Virus record (IMG/VR): IMGVR_UViG_3300045391_004889
Location: 43,986 to 107,985 of that record
From: a virus
Direction: 5' to 3' (one strand)
DNA: 64,000 nucleotides
Below are positions 29,684 to 39,799 of this stretch, piece after piece (the first letter of the stretch is position 1; each line of letters starts with the position of its first letter). The position numbers were made by a program, and so were the translations under genes. The notes under the pieces are model-generated. The model was given only the letters and a program-made list of their open reading frames with translations, searched no databases and was not told the origin of the DNA.

Positions 29684-30940
29684 CTACGCCGCGGCGAGCG
29701 CCTCTTCCTGCTGCCGCTTCCACACGGGCTTCCAGTCCATCGACACGTCGATGAGCTTGTCACCCTGGTCGAGCTCCTCGCCCGTGTAGGTACCAGGGTT
29801 ACCCTCGAGGGACGCCTTGACCCACTTGAGGAGCCATCGGGCCGGCGCGACTGAGGTTCCCTTGCCCCAGAACGCGTGCAGGCTGCTGGCGTCCTTGGCA
29901 CCCTCGATCAGCCAGTCGTCGGGGAAGCCCATGATGCGAGCGACCTCGCGATGCGTGGCGAACCGCTGGTTGGGGTGCCACACCATGTACGGACCGGCAC
30001 CGTTGACGACGCGAGCCGGCTCACTCCACGCCCAGTGGCGAGGCTTGCTGAAGCCACCCGCGTCGAAGTTGCGAGCGATCAGCTGGGCGTCCCGGGTGGT
30101 GGTGCCCTTGGCGGTCGGGTACTGCCACGACTCCGGCAACTGGCCGTACGTCTCGTAGTACCGCTTGAGGACGTGTGCCTCACTCTCGCCCGGCTTCCAC
30201 TCCACCGAGGCGAGGTCCATGACGCGACGTGAGTACGCGTTCTCCGCCGGCACGTGACCGTCCACCTTGCCGCTCTCGGAGCGCAGGGACTCGCTCCACC
30301 AGGTGGGCTCCTGGAGGTACGGCTGCGCCGACCAGCTGATCGGCTGGTCCACCAGGTCGCGAAGCGCGTCACCCAGGACGGGCAGCTTGTCACCCAGCGG
30401 GTGGTGCTCCACGCCGAACGGGAACTGGGTCAGCACGAGGAAGTAGCGCTTCCGCTTGCTGACGCCGCCCACCGACCAGTTGTTCTGCAGCACGTGAGTG
30501 ACGTGGTACTTCAGCCCGGTGTGCTCGTTCATGTAGCGGCCGAGCTCCCGCATGAGTGGCAGGCCCTTGGTGTACGCCTGGGCGACCGACTCCATGCAGA
30601 CGAACTGCGGCTTGACCTTCGCCGCGTACGTCATGATGTCGCGCATGCAGTTGTTGATCTCGGAGTCCATGCCGTGCATCTTGGAGCCGGCCGTCATGGA
30701 CGAGAAGGCGCTGCAGGGTGGCGTGCCGATGACGCCGTCCGCCTCGATCGGCGTCCACTCCGCGGGCAGCGAGGCCTGGGCCTGCCACTCGTTGCCGAGG
30801 AGCTTGCGGTTGGCCTCCATCAGCGGGATGCCGAACCCCTGCTTGTTCTCCTTCTTGCCGACGAGGGTCATGCCCTCCTGCGCGGCTCCGCAGGAGAAGC
30901 CACCTGCGAAGCCGTAGACGTCGACGAACTTGATCGTCAC
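29684..30940 (-). CDS. atypical DNA cytosine-C5 methyltransferase family protein
   Basis: AGGAG RBS; motif I YGFAGG, motif IV GTPPCSAFS, motif VI ESV, REVARIMGFPDDW. Confidence 0.8.
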   Translation of the reverse strand: MTIKFVDVYGFAGGFSCGAAQEGMTLVGKKENKQGFGIPLMEANRKLLGNEWQAQASLPAEWTPIEADGVIGTPPCSAFSSMTAGSKMHGMDSEINNCMRDIMTYAAKVKPQFVCMESVAQAYTKGLPLMRELGRYMNEHTGLKYHVTHVLQNNWSVGGVSKRKRYFLVLTQFPFGVEHHPLGDKLPVLGDALRDLVDQPISWSAQPYLQEPTWWSESLRSESGKVDGHVPAENAYSRRVMDLASVEWKPGESEAHVLKRYYETYGQLPESWQYPTAKGTTTRDAQLIARNFDAGGFSKPRHWAWSEPARVVNGAGPYMVWHPNQRFATHREVARIMGFPDDWLIEGAKDASSLHAFWGKGTSVAPARWLLKWVKASLEGNPGTYTGEELDQGDKLIDVSMDWKPVWKRQQEEALAAA

Positions 30941-30948
30941 GTGCTCTC

Positions 30949-32232
30949 CTAGCTGGCGCCGAGCGCCGTGAGGAACGTACGCGCCACAGCCTTGGGCGCG
31001 TGCTTGGTGGCGAGAACGGTGCGGTTGCGCTGGGCGATCGTACGGCGCTGCGCGGTGTTGAGGGTGAGGATCTCCTCCACCGCCTCCCCGATGCCCTCCA
31101 GAACCTCGTGCCATGCCGGCTGGTTGGCCAGCTTCGACTCACCGGGCCAGGACGGCACGGACTCGAGAGCGCGACCCTCGAAGTCGTCGCTCCACATGGA
31201 GCTCACCGACACCTGCATGCAGCCGGCATCGATGGCCTCGAACTGGGAGTACTCCATGCCGTCCGAGAACTCGGAGGCGGTGAGATCCACGTGCACGTCC
31301 AGGTTGCGGCAGGCGTCGAAGCCCGACTCATAGCCACCCTTGTACTCGATCTGGGTGCCGCCAGGCGCGGTGACCTCCCAGAGGTACGGCCGGATGACGT
31401 CACCACCGGTCTCCGTACGCTCACCGGGCTTGATCACCCCGTGACGGATACCGGGAAGCGACAGCGGCTTGCCCAGCACCATCGCCTCGAAGGTCTTGTA
31501 CGTGGCGGACGCGGCGAGGCTGAGAGAGGAGGCACCCCAGAGCTGGACGCGATCCGCGGACGGCATCAGGTCGAGCGCCGCCGCCATACCGAGCGCGTGG
31601 TGACCCTTGGTGGTGATGTACCGCCCGGTGATGCCCACCACGTCGTTCGTCGCGTGACCGGCCAGCAGGTGAGAGTCCGGCTCCGTCTGCATCCGGTACG
31701 GCAGCGGCGACACCGTGAAGTCCACGTCCGGCCAGAGGTGACGGGACAGGTTGGGCGACGTCGGGGAGTGCGTCACCGCCGTGCCGAGGAAGTTCGGCCG
31801 CGTGAGGAGGTCCTTCACGTATGGCACCTCGCTCGGCGGGTAGTTGTTCCCGTGGAGCGCGAAGATGAACGGCGTCTGAGTGGCGGCGAGAACGTTGAGG
31901 TACTCCGGCGTGTCGGGGTCGAGGTAGCTCTTCCCCTTCGCCGCCTCCTTGTCCTGCATCACCGTGCGCACGTCGGTGAGAACGATGCGGTCGTACTGAT
32001 CCAGCACGTAGCCGGCGTCCCGAAGACGGCCCACCACGTCGGGTGACCGGCCCCACCAGCGGATGCCCGGTCGCATGTTGCCCTCGCCCCAGACGGAGCG
32101 TGCCTTGCCGGACCGGGTGAAGGTCACCACGTCCGCCTCGTGTCCGTTCTCACGGAAGCCGTCGCGCAGGTGATACGCCCAAGCCATCGGGCCGCAGACC
32201 CGCGGCTCCGGTTCGAAGATGGCGATCCTCAT
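30949..32232 (-). CDS. GT-B glycosyltransferase-like protein (probable DNA glycosyltransferase)
   Basis: MRIAIF..GP...L..GF...GHEADVV; GRYITTKGH; DGMEYSQFEAIDAGC. Confidence 0.7.
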   Translation of the reverse strand: MRIAIFEPEPRVCGPMAWAYHLRDGFRENGHEADVVTFTRSGKARSVWGEGNMRPGIRWWGRSPDVVGRLRDAGYVLDQYDRIVLTDVRTVMQDKEAAKGKSYLDPDTPEYLNVLAATQTPFIFALHGNNYPPSEVPYVKDLLTRPNFLGTAVTHSPTSPNLSRHLWPDVDFTVSPLPYRMQTEPDSHLLAGHATNDVVGITGRYITTKGHHALGMAAALDLMPSADRVQLWGASSLSLAASATYKTFEAMVLGKPLSLPGIRHGVIKPGERTETGGDVIRPYLWEVTAPGGTQIEYKGGYESGFDACRNLDVHVDLTASEFSDGMEYSQFEAIDAGCMQVSVSSMWSDDFEGRALESVPSWPGESKLANQPAWHEVLEGIGEAVEEILTLNTAQRRTIAQRNRTVLATKHAPKAVARTFLTALGAS

Positions 32233-32720
32233 CGCAGGTACTTCTCCTCGCACGTGGTGTCGCAGAACTGCTGGCCCTCGCTGCGACGGATGATCAGGGT
32301 GGCGTTCTGATGCGTGTCGTCGAACGCGCGGCCGCACTGCGTGCACTTGTTCGAGCCGTCGTAGCCGGTGGCCATACGCTGCTTGTTGACGTCGATCTTC
32401 TGCTGGTAGCGAACGGCCAGCTCCTCGTCGGAGCAGTTCACCGCGGTGAGCGCGTTGGCCACGAAGAAGAGCACGTCGACCATCTCACCGACGAACTTGT
32501 CACGGTTCTGCGCCCACTTCTTCTCGCGGTTCTCAGCGGTGGCCCACGGCTTCCACGGAACCTCCTGCTGAGCCTCCGCCAGCTCCAGGAAGGCGGCGTT
32601 CAGGTTCATCGTGACGTAGTCCGTCTTCGCGTTGACGTCCACCGCCATGCGCGGGTAGTCGATCTCGAACGTCTCCGCCTGGTACGCGCGCTGCGTGTGC
32701 AGCCACTCGTCGAACTTCAC
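32229..32720 (-). CDS. all-alpha NTP pyrophosphatase (dimeric dUTPase/MazG, dCTPase-like) plus zinc finger
   Basis: ELAEA..EVPWKPW; GEMVDVLFF; YQQK..VN.QR. Confidence 0.8.
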   Translation of the reverse strand: MKFDEWLHTQRAYQAETFEIDYPRMAVDVNAKTDYVTMNLNAAFLELAEAQQEVPWKPWATAENREKKWAQNRDKFVGEMVDVLFFVANALTAVNCSDEELAVRYQQKIDVNKQRMATGYDGSNKCTQCGRAFDDTHQNATLIIRRSEGQQFCDTTCEEKYLR

Positions 32721-32759
32721 TTCATCTCTCTTCCGTCGTCACATCAGTCTACTGCGGTG

Positions 32760-32799
32760 GGTGACCGTCACCCTGGATCGTACCAGAGTGACGGTCACC
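32760..32799 (-). terminator. hairpin after the ssDNA-binding gene
   Basis: GGTGACCGTCAC...GTGACGGTCACC. Confidence 0.65.
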
Positions 32800-32821
32800 A
32801 CGTCAACCCCCGTGGTGGGAG

Positions 32822-33436
32822 CTAGAAGGGCATGTCCGGCGGAGTGGCGGCGTCAGCGGGCGCCGCATCCTCCACCGGCTCGTCCTTCTTGGTCGACACC
32901 GGAGCCGGTGCCGGGGCAGGCGCCGGCTGAGGAGCCGGAGCGGGCTGAGGCTGGGGCTGAGCGACCGGCTGAGGAGCCGGAGCCGGCTGAGGCTGCGGAA
33001 CCCCACCGCCCGCCGCGGGAGCCCCGCTCGGGGTGCCGAGTGCCTTCACGTTCTTGATCTCGTTCTTCTCCTCCTCGTTCCAGAGGCGGATGCCGACCTC
33101 CACCTCGCAGCTCTTGCCGACGAGGTCCGCGGCCACCTTCTCGAGCGGCGGGTTGGTGGCGAAGTACTCGTGGTTGAGACCGAGCGCCTTCATGTGGCGG
33201 AAGAAGAACCCGAGCGCCGTGCCGCTCTCGGGGCTGATCACGAAGTCGTTGAACAGCGTCTTGCCGCTCATCGGACCCGCGTTGATGGTGAACTGGACGT
33301 TGATCTTGTCCTTGCCGGTGCCGGTCTTCTTGGCCTCGGCCTTCTTGACCGTCACCGTGTACGGACCGGCCGGGACGGCGGAGAACCCCGCGTCGTCGGC
33401 CGCCTGCTTGAGGTCGCCCCAGTTGAAGGTTGCCAC
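32822..33436 (-). CDS. DUF669-type single-strand DNA-binding protein
   Basis: VPAGPY.V.V..AE, acidic DMPF tail, next to Sak4. Confidence 0.75.
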   Translation of the reverse strand: MATFNWGDLKQAADDAGFSAVPAGPYTVTVKKAEAKKTGTGKDKINVQFTINAGPMSGKTLFNDFVISPESGTALGFFFRHMKALGLNHEYFATNPPLEKVAADLVGKSCEVEVGIRLWNEEEKNEIKNVKALGTPSGAPAAGGGVPQPQPAPAPQPVAQPQPQPAPAPQPAPAPAPAPVSTKKDEPVEDAAPADAATPPDMPF

Positions 33437-33456
33437 GTCAGACTCCGTTCAGTCGT

Positions 33457-34203
33457 TCACTTGCTGTGCGAGATGGTCGCGCCGGCGTTGGCGTCGTCAT
33501 CACCGCGAATCATGGCGAGCATCTTGGTCACGTCGGGGTTGTCCAGGTACGGACCCAGACGTCCGCCCACGCGCTCACCCGTCTCGAAGCCCGGCGTCGG
33601 TCCCACGAAGAGCCGACGTGCGGTGGAGATGCCGTCCTCCATCGTGACCAGCTGGAGGTAGGCGCAGATGTCCACGTAGTACGGCAGCGTCGTGGCCAGG
33701 GAACCCTGAACGTGAGGCTGCCAGACCCCACCGTCTCGCTGCCGAGCCATCGCGATGAAGATCACCGCGTCGAGGGGCTTGACCGGGTTCGTGGTGAGGT
33801 CCCGGAACTTGCGCACCAGGTCGGACACCTGCCGAAGCAGCGTACCCCAGTCCTGAGTCTTCATCTGGTCGGTACCGGCGATGTCATCCACCGCTCGCTG
33901 CTGGATCTCCGAGATGGAGTCCAGCACCACCGACTTGAACGGGTGCTTGCCGCTGTTGAGCCACTCGTACGCCTTGAGAACCGCGCGGTAGCTGTGCACC
34001 GGCACGATGGCGGTGTCCCACGCGTCACTCGGCTCCGGCGGCGCGTACTGCACCGGGTCCCAGTCGATCTTCTTGCTGGGGGTGAAGCGGCTGCCCATCT
34101 CCGCATCCAGGATCAGCCGTGGTGCCGGGGTGGTGTCACCCAGCCACGACTTGCCCTGCTTGCTGTGTCCGTAGACGATGGCGTTGATGCCGTAACTGGT
34201 CAA
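33457..34203 (-). CDS. Sak4-like AAA ATPase (single-strand annealing)
   Basis: YGHSKQGKS, SVVLDSISE, QDWG. Confidence 0.8.
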   Translation of the reverse strand: MTSYGINAIVYGHSKQGKSWLGDTTPAPRLILDAEMGSRFTPSKKIDWDPVQYAPPEPSDAWDTAIVPVHSYRAVLKAYEWLNSGKHPFKSVVLDSISEIQQRAVDDIAGTDQMKTQDWGTLLRQVSDLVRKFRDLTTNPVKPLDAVIFIAMARQRDGGVWQPHVQGSLATTLPYYVDICAYLQLVTMEDGISTARRLFVGPTPGFETGERVGGRLGPYLDNPDVTKMLAMIRGDDDANAGATISHSK

Positions 34204-35171
34204 CCGTCACTTCCATTCGTCGCTTCCGAGGTGAGAGACGCCCTCACCTGGTCCATCAGGCCCGTCCCATAGTACCCATACGGGTCAGCCTGCACGAAGT
34301 TGGCCTGGAGCGCCGCTTCCCAACGTGAACCGTCGTCCATCATCGGGCAGACGAGGGTGAACGGACACGCCCAGCTGCAGTAGTCACCCGGGTTCGGGTA
34401 CGCGAGAGCGCGGTGGTCACCCCCGTTCCGCAACGTCTGGTCCACGAGCTTGAGCTCACTGGCCACGGTACGAACGCGAAGCATCATGCTCTGGTGGTCG
34501 TGCGCGTTGTACGACACCTCCACCTGCTTGAAGAACGGTCCGTTGGCCTTCGGCGTGCGCTTGGAGCGAAGGATCATGTTGTACAGTCCCCCGTCCGCTC
34601 GCTGACCGGTCTCGTCAGCCTCCAGGGTGTCCAGCAGGCTGTAGAACCGCATCTGCTCGTCGATGAGAAGCAGGTGCGCCTTCGACAGCGTGCCGACGGT
34701 CTTGAAGTCGCGGAACCTGATGGCACCGTCACTGACGCGACGGACCTTCTGGTCGAGCTTCGCCATCAGGGTGACGGGCTCCCCGTCGTACAAGGTCAGC
34801 TCTCGCTGCACCACCTCCTCGGTGGCGATCACCTCGTGCTCCGAGTCGACGCCCTCGTCGTCCACCCACTGCAGGTAGCCGCTCACCATCGCCCTGGCGT
34901 AGCCGTGCTCACTGCTCAGCTGGTCCTCGTACAGCGGGTGCTCCCGCCGAGCGAGGTGATAAGCCACGTTCAACGCCGCGAGAGCGTCGAGGCCGTAGCC
35001 GTAGTGCGCCTCCAAGGCGAGGTGGACACGTGTGCCGAGCTGGGCGGAGCCCACCGGCTTCTGCCTGGTCGGGTCCACGCTGTAGCCCAGGTGGTACGCC
35101 AGGTACCAGTGCCTGCGGCACCGCTTGAACGTCCTCAGCGTGCTGTTGCTGACCTTCAGCTGCTCTGTCAC
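34200..35171 (-). CDS. PD-(D/E)XK Cas4/RecB-like exonuclease
   Basis: F.RCRR, GT.VH, KLD..DFKT, CSWACPF..VC. Confidence 0.8.
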   Translation of the reverse strand: MTEQLKVSNSTLRTFKRCRRHWYLAYHLGYSVDPTRQKPVGSAQLGTRVHLALEAHYGYGLDALAALNVAYHLARREHPLYEDQLSSEHGYARAMVSGYLQWVDDEGVDSEHEVIATEEVVQRELTLYDGEPVTLMAKLDQKVRRVSDGAIRFRDFKTVGTLSKAHLLLIDEQMRFYSLLDTLEADETGQRADGGLYNMILRSKRTPKANGPFFKQVEVSYNAHDHQSMMLRVRTVASELKLVDQTLRNGGDHRALAYPNPGDYCSWACPFTLVCPMMDDGSRWEAALQANFVQADPYGYYGTGLMDQVRASLTSEATNGSDG

Positions 35172-36934
35172 TTCACCCCCAGCAGCTTCCGCAGGGTCTG
35201 CTCGTCTCTCACGATCTCCTCCATCCGACCACGCTTCTCGGCCAGTACCTCGAGCTTATGCTCCTCGACTGTCTCCGGCGTGATCTGCTTGATGATGCGG
35301 ATCGACTCGTGCCGCTCCGAACCGATGCGATAGATGCGGTCCTGAGCCTGCAGGTTCTGCACCTCACTGAAGCTCTCCTGCATGAAGAGCATGGTATCCG
35401 CCCTGGTGAGCGTGATACCCTCCGCGCCGGCACCCAGGGTGAGCAGGATGACACGCGTGCGGCCGCCCTGGAAGGCGTCGATGGCCTCACGTCGCTCATC
35501 TGCGGACTGGGCCCCGGTGACGAGGCCGTGAGAGATCTTGGCGTCGGTGAGCTTCTTGGCGGCGAGCTCGATGAGCTGCCGCGAGACGGCAGCCACCACG
35601 AGCGGGTCCTCACCCATCTCGCCGAGCAGGTCCATCAGGTCGTCCACCTTCGCAGACGGCGTGGTGAGCCTGACCTTCCCCTCCTCGTCGATCTCCGCGT
35701 ACGCGGCGGCGAACTGCATGAGCCGCGTCAGCTGAGCGAGTGGGTTGGGTGCCACCAGAAGCTCGTTCAACCCGACGACCATCTCGTCGCGCATCTGACG
35801 ATACGCGGTCTTCTGCTTGGCGGTCATCGGGGTGTGACGGTACTGCACCGGGAGCTTGGGAGGCAGGAACGGCAGTGCCGCCTCCTTGGGCACCCGACGA
35901 ACGATCGGGTCCAGAATGCGGTACAGCTCATCCTGGGTGTGCGGGTTGATGCCCACCACCTCGGCGCCACCGAAGAAGTTCAGCGACACCTGGGCGTAGC
36001 GGTCCATGAACCGCGTCTTGGCGGGAAACCACGTCGGCTCAACCGCGTGACCGAGAGACCAGATGTCACCCACGTGGTCAGCCACCGGCGTGCCGGTCAT
36101 GTCCACGCGGAACCTGGCACCGTGAGCGATCGCCCACGCCGCCCTGGTCTGCTTCGAGCGAGGGTCCTTGAGACGGTGTGCCTCGTCCATGAGGACGGTG
36201 CGCAGTCCCATCTCGTTGAGCTCCTTCGCCGTCTTCTCGTTCTCCGTCATCTCGACGTTGCCGTATGGCGCGAGACGAGAGTGAAGCCGCAGCGCGTCCC
36301 AGTTGATCACGTACACGTCCGCCGCCGCGGTGAGCTGCTTGCGCCGCCCACCGGCGCCACCGTCGATCACCTGCACCTTGAGCTCGGGTGCCCACATGCG
36401 GAGCTCCTTGAGCCACGCCGCGAACTTGAGACTGTTGGGGCAGATGACAACCGCGGGGAACGGCTGCTCGTCGAGGTGCTGGAGCACCTGCATGAACCTG
36501 ATGGCGACACCGGTCTTGCCGAGCCCGGGTGGGTTCGCCAGGATGGCACGCTCGTTCACGAGCAGGAACTTCACGTCGACACGCTGATACGGGTAGAGCT
36601 TGAGCGCGCTGCCCGCCTCCACCGCGTCGAGCTCCGGGAAGTCCCGAAGCTCCTCGGGGAAGTCGAGCGAGTTGCGGAGGGCGAGAGCGGGAGCGATGCG
36701 CTTCTCCCTGGTCTCCCACGCCCACGTCTGGAGCTCCTCTCCGAGCTCGAGAGCGTTCCCGAAGATGCCGCGCAAGGCGATGCAGGTGGACCAGCTCAGG
36801 GGAGCCAGCCAACCTCCGTCCGACCTGCTGTAGCGTGCACCAGGAAGCTCCGTCATGAGATGGCGGTCCTGGTACGTCGTGTTCACGAAGATGTGTGTTG
36901 CGTTGCCGCTACGGGTGAGGTCGGCCTTAGGCAC
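35168..36934 (-). CDS. SNF2-family helicase
   Basis: GLGKT, DEAH, TGTP, QAQDRIYRIG. Confidence 0.9.
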   Translation of the reverse strand: MPKADLTRSGNATHIFVNTTYQDRHLMTELPGARYSRSDGGWLAPLSWSTCIALRGIFGNALELGEELQTWAWETREKRIAPALALRNSLDFPEELRDFPELDAVEAGSALKLYPYQRVDVKFLLVNERAILANPPGLGKTGVAIRFMQVLQHLDEQPFPAVVICPNSLKFAAWLKELRMWAPELKVQVIDGGAGGRRKQLTAAADVYVINWDALRLHSRLAPYGNVEMTENEKTAKELNEMGLRTVLMDEAHRLKDPRSKQTRAAWAIAHGARFRVDMTGTPVADHVGDIWSLGHAVEPTWFPAKTRFMDRYAQVSLNFFGGAEVVGINPHTQDELYRILDPIVRRVPKEAALPFLPPKLPVQYRHTPMTAKQKTAYRQMRDEMVVGLNELLVAPNPLAQLTRLMQFAAAYAEIDEEGKVRLTTPSAKVDDLMDLLGEMGEDPLVVAAVSRQLIELAAKKLTDAKISHGLVTGAQSADERREAIDAFQGGRTRVILLTLGAGAEGITLTRADTMLFMQESFSEVQNLQAQDRIYRIGSERHESIRIIKQITPETVEEHKLEVLAEKRGRMEEIVRDEQTLRKLLGVK

Positions 36935-37026
36935 TCGTCACCTCGTCCCGGGCTGAACAAGTGACAGAATGGTGCAGTGTCACTTCCTGATCCTTCCCGC
37001 TTGACCTGGTCAATCTTACCAGCCGA

Positions 37027-37506
37027 TCAGCCAGGTGTAAACAATTTCCCGATCAGGTGAGTGGGCAGTCGCTTCTCCCGAAGCAGCCACGCCAGCAGGT
37101 GGTTCGCCGCGTCATTGGCGTGGCGCATGTTCGGCTGTCGCCACCCGAGTCGCTGCAGCTTGAGGTCGCCACCAAGCTTTCGACTTGCGGATGGCATCGG
37201 CTGAAGCACCGTCACGCTGTTCCGACGGCAAGCCGACTTCACCGCGCCGATGACCTCGAGGCTGTACTCCGGCGTGCCGGTACGACCGCCACCCTGAGTG
37301 ACGATGTACCGCTCCCAGCCGAGCCAGAGGTTGTCGCGCATGAGATGGCACCACATGTTCACCATGTCGTCGATGCCGTCGAAGTCAGCCTGGCCACTGC
37401 TGAAGGACGCCATGTCCTCCAGCATCGCCCACCCCGTCATCTTGCCGGGGTCGAGCCAGATGACGATCTTCGGGTCGGGTGGCTTCATCACCTGGAGCCT
37501 GCTCAC
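37027..37506 (-). CDS. RuvC-like Holliday junction resolvase
   Basis: LDPGKMTGWA, WERY, HANDA; start uncertain. Confidence 0.7.
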   Translation of the reverse strand: MSRLQVMKPPDPKIVIWLDPGKMTGWAMLEDMASFSSGQADFDGIDDMVNMWCHLMRDNLWLGWERYIVTQGGGRTGTPEYSLEVIGAVKSACRRNSVTVLQPMPSASRKLGGDLKLQRLGWRQPNMRHANDAANHLLAWLLREKRLPTHLIGKLFTPG

Positions 37507-39272
37507 ACCTTCTGCCACCTCTCCGGGAGAATGTCCGCACCTGCCGTGAGGCGGACGCGGTAGCCGTCAAGGTCGGTCATACACTCCTCGATCACACGAG
37601 CCACCTCATCTGCCTGGTCACGTGGGACGTCAGCGATGATCTCGTCGTGCACCGGCACCAGGAGGAACTCATCCACCCCGGCTGCCTCCATCCGCGTCAC
37701 GCAGATCTTGAAGTACTCCGCCGCGTGACCCTGGATCAAGCTGTTGAGACCCTGTGTGAAAGCGCGGTCCCGATCCAGCGGGATGTGACGGCCGAGCGGC
37801 GTGACGATGTACGGCTTGTCACGCGCGATGGCCTCCTCGTAGATGCGATTCAACGTGGTCTGAAGTCCGGGATACGTCGCGTTGAAGCCGTCTGCGACAG
37901 GCTGCATCTGCTCGAACGGCACACCGGCGGTCTGCGCCATCTTCCTGGTGCCCGCGCCGTACAGTGACGAGTACACCACGTTCTTGGTCAGCTGACGACG
38001 TGGATCCTTCTTGAGGATCTCCTCGCCGTAGATGCCGCCAGCGACGCCACAGAAGAAGTCCGTGCCAAACTCATCCGCGTCGTTGAATGCCTTGATCAGG
38101 CCCTCGTCCTCGCTGAAGTGAGCACCGAGTCGAGCCTCCACCTGGTTCAGGTCACACGTGATCAGCACGTTGCCGTCACGCGAGATGAACGAGCCACGGA
38201 TCATCTTGTCGTCACGTGGCAAGTTCTGCAGGTTCGGGTCCGACATCGACATGCGACCGGTACGAGCAGCCAGGGTGTTGATGCTGGCGTGCAGGATGCC
38301 GTCAGCATCCGCCATCGCCATGAAGTTGTCGAGGTACGTGCCCTGCAGCTTGACGGCGTGACGCACCGCCAGGATGTAGCGGATCAGCTCCGCCGCCTGG
38401 GGTCCACTGGTCAGCTGGTACCGCTCCAGGTTGTCCTTGTCCATCTTCGGGGCACCCTGGTCGGTGAAGGCGTCGATCTCCACCCCGAGAGCCGTCAGCA
38501 CGCGGGAGATCTGTCCCGCACTGAGCACGCTGGTGATGCCGTACGTCGCCTTGAGCCACGCCTTCGCCTGCTCGGTGAAGGCAGACAGCCGCAGCTGCTC
38601 AGCTTGGATGTACCCCGGGTCGAGGCGCATGCCCTTCATCATCATCCTGCTGCAGATGCGGACGATCGCCATCTCGAGGTCATACACCATCGGGAAGCGA
38701 GCCTGCACGTCAGGGATGATCTTCTCGTACAGGTGACAGTTGAGCACCGGGTCGAGAGCGGCGTAGAGCCAATATGGCTCAAAGTCGATGGGGACGGTGT
38801 CCCACGTCCACTTCTGCTGCCGCATACCGTCGTCGAGAAGCTTCTGACCGGTGAGTGCCGCAGGATCCACGAGCCTCGAGGTAAGTGGCTTCAAGCCGGC
38901 CGGCCTCGTCGGGTCCTGAATACGAGCACCGATCAGAGTGTCGTGGCAACGATTCCACGGCACCTTCCAGCCGGCCTTGATCTCCATGAACTTGGCGTCG
39001 TGAGGCAGGTTGTGCCACGTGAACTCGCCCTCGTACGAGTTCAAGATCTCGAGAGCACCACCGCCCCACTGGTCCCAGGGGACACACCAACCGTGGTGCT
39101 TGTCGCCCACCTGGATGGTGCGGAGCCGGGTGTGCCAGGGTGACAAGCCACCCGACTCCGTGTCGACACCCATCGGCGTCTCTCGTCGTTCCCCCGCCCA
39201 TCGTTTCATCTCCATCAAGTCATCGATGGATTGGACGAGGTGAAGCTGCATGGTGGACAGAAGTCCGCTCAC
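37503..39272 (-). CDS. polA: family A DNA polymerase with 3'-5' exonuclease
   Basis: DTES, TGRMS..PNLQN, DLNQVEAR, K...Y..LYG, VHDE. Confidence 0.92.
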   Translation of the reverse strand: MSGLLSTMQLHLVQSIDDLMEMKRWAGERRETPMGVDTESGGLSPWHTRLRTIQVGDKHHGWCVPWDQWGGGALEILNSYEGEFTWHNLPHDAKFMEIKAGWKVPWNRCHDTLIGARIQDPTRPAGLKPLTSRLVDPAALTGQKLLDDGMRQQKWTWDTVPIDFEPYWLYAALDPVLNCHLYEKIIPDVQARFPMVYDLEMAIVRICSRMMMKGMRLDPGYIQAEQLRLSAFTEQAKAWLKATYGITSVLSAGQISRVLTALGVEIDAFTDQGAPKMDKDNLERYQLTSGPQAAELIRYILAVRHAVKLQGTYLDNFMAMADADGILHASINTLAARTGRMSMSDPNLQNLPRDDKMIRGSFISRDGNVLITCDLNQVEARLGAHFSEDEGLIKAFNDADEFGTDFFCGVAGGIYGEEILKKDPRRQLTKNVVYSSLYGAGTRKMAQTAGVPFEQMQPVADGFNATYPGLQTTLNRIYEEAIARDKPYIVTPLGRHIPLDRDRAFTQGLNSLIQGHAAEYFKICVTRMEAAGVDEFLLVPVHDEIIADVPRDQADEVARVIEECMTDLDGYRVRLTAGADILPERWQKV

Positions 39273-39319
39273 TCACGCGCCTTTCTGAGTGAATTCGATT
39301 CCTGGACGTTCCTGGTGTC

Positions 39320-39799
39320 TTATCCTATCGTACGAGGCAGATAGGTGTATCGAACGACCACGAGACCGGCATCGTGGAGCAGACTTTCCATCTCACGAGG
39401 ACGACGATAGTCGTCACCACCGGTGTCTCGGTAGACCACGCACGCGAGACCGGAGTTGCCGATCTGTTTGGCGCAGTTGAGACACGGTGACGTGGAGACG
39501 TAGATGGTGCCACCTTGGATCCGCTCGTGGTTCGCGCGAATGAGCGCGTTGGCCTCAGCGTGGATCGTCTGGCAGCGGCTGTAGTCGGGTGACGTGTCCC
39601 CGGTGATGGCTCGTTCACACCACTGGTCGCACGTCCCCTCCAGTTCCAGGCCCGAGATCGGACCGTTGTACGACGTGGAGTCGATCTTGTTATCGGTGGT
39701 GACGATGACTGCCCCAACCTGAGCACGCACGCACGGACTGCGTCGCCCGAGCAGGACAGCCACCCCCATCCACGTGTCATTCCACGTGGTGCGGATCAA
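39320..39799 (-). CDS. dCMP deaminase
   Basis: RSPC.RAQVGAVI, HAEANAL, PCLNC; TTG start overlapping the upstream stop. Confidence 0.85.
   Translation of the reverse strand: MIRTTWNDTWMGVAVLLGRRSPCVRAQVGAVIVTTDNKIDSTSYNGPISGLELEGTCDQWCERAITGDTSPDYSRCQTIHAEANALIRANHERIQGGTIYVSTSPCLNCAKQIGNSGLACVVYRDTGGDDYRRPREMESLLHDAGLVVVRYTYLPRTIG

Noticed and set aside
29684-32720. MTase-TET-glycosyltransferase pathway
   Set aside because: No 2OG-Fe(II) dioxygenase motif was recognised in the window; one could still lie outside it.
32900-33000. DNA tandem repeat GGCTGAGGAGCCGGAGC
   Set aside because: It simply encodes the PQPAPA linker of the ssDNA-binding protein.
39325-39780. ORF-track 151-aa ORF as the deaminase
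   Set aside because: The HAE and PCxxC motifs lie in the frame ending at 39320.
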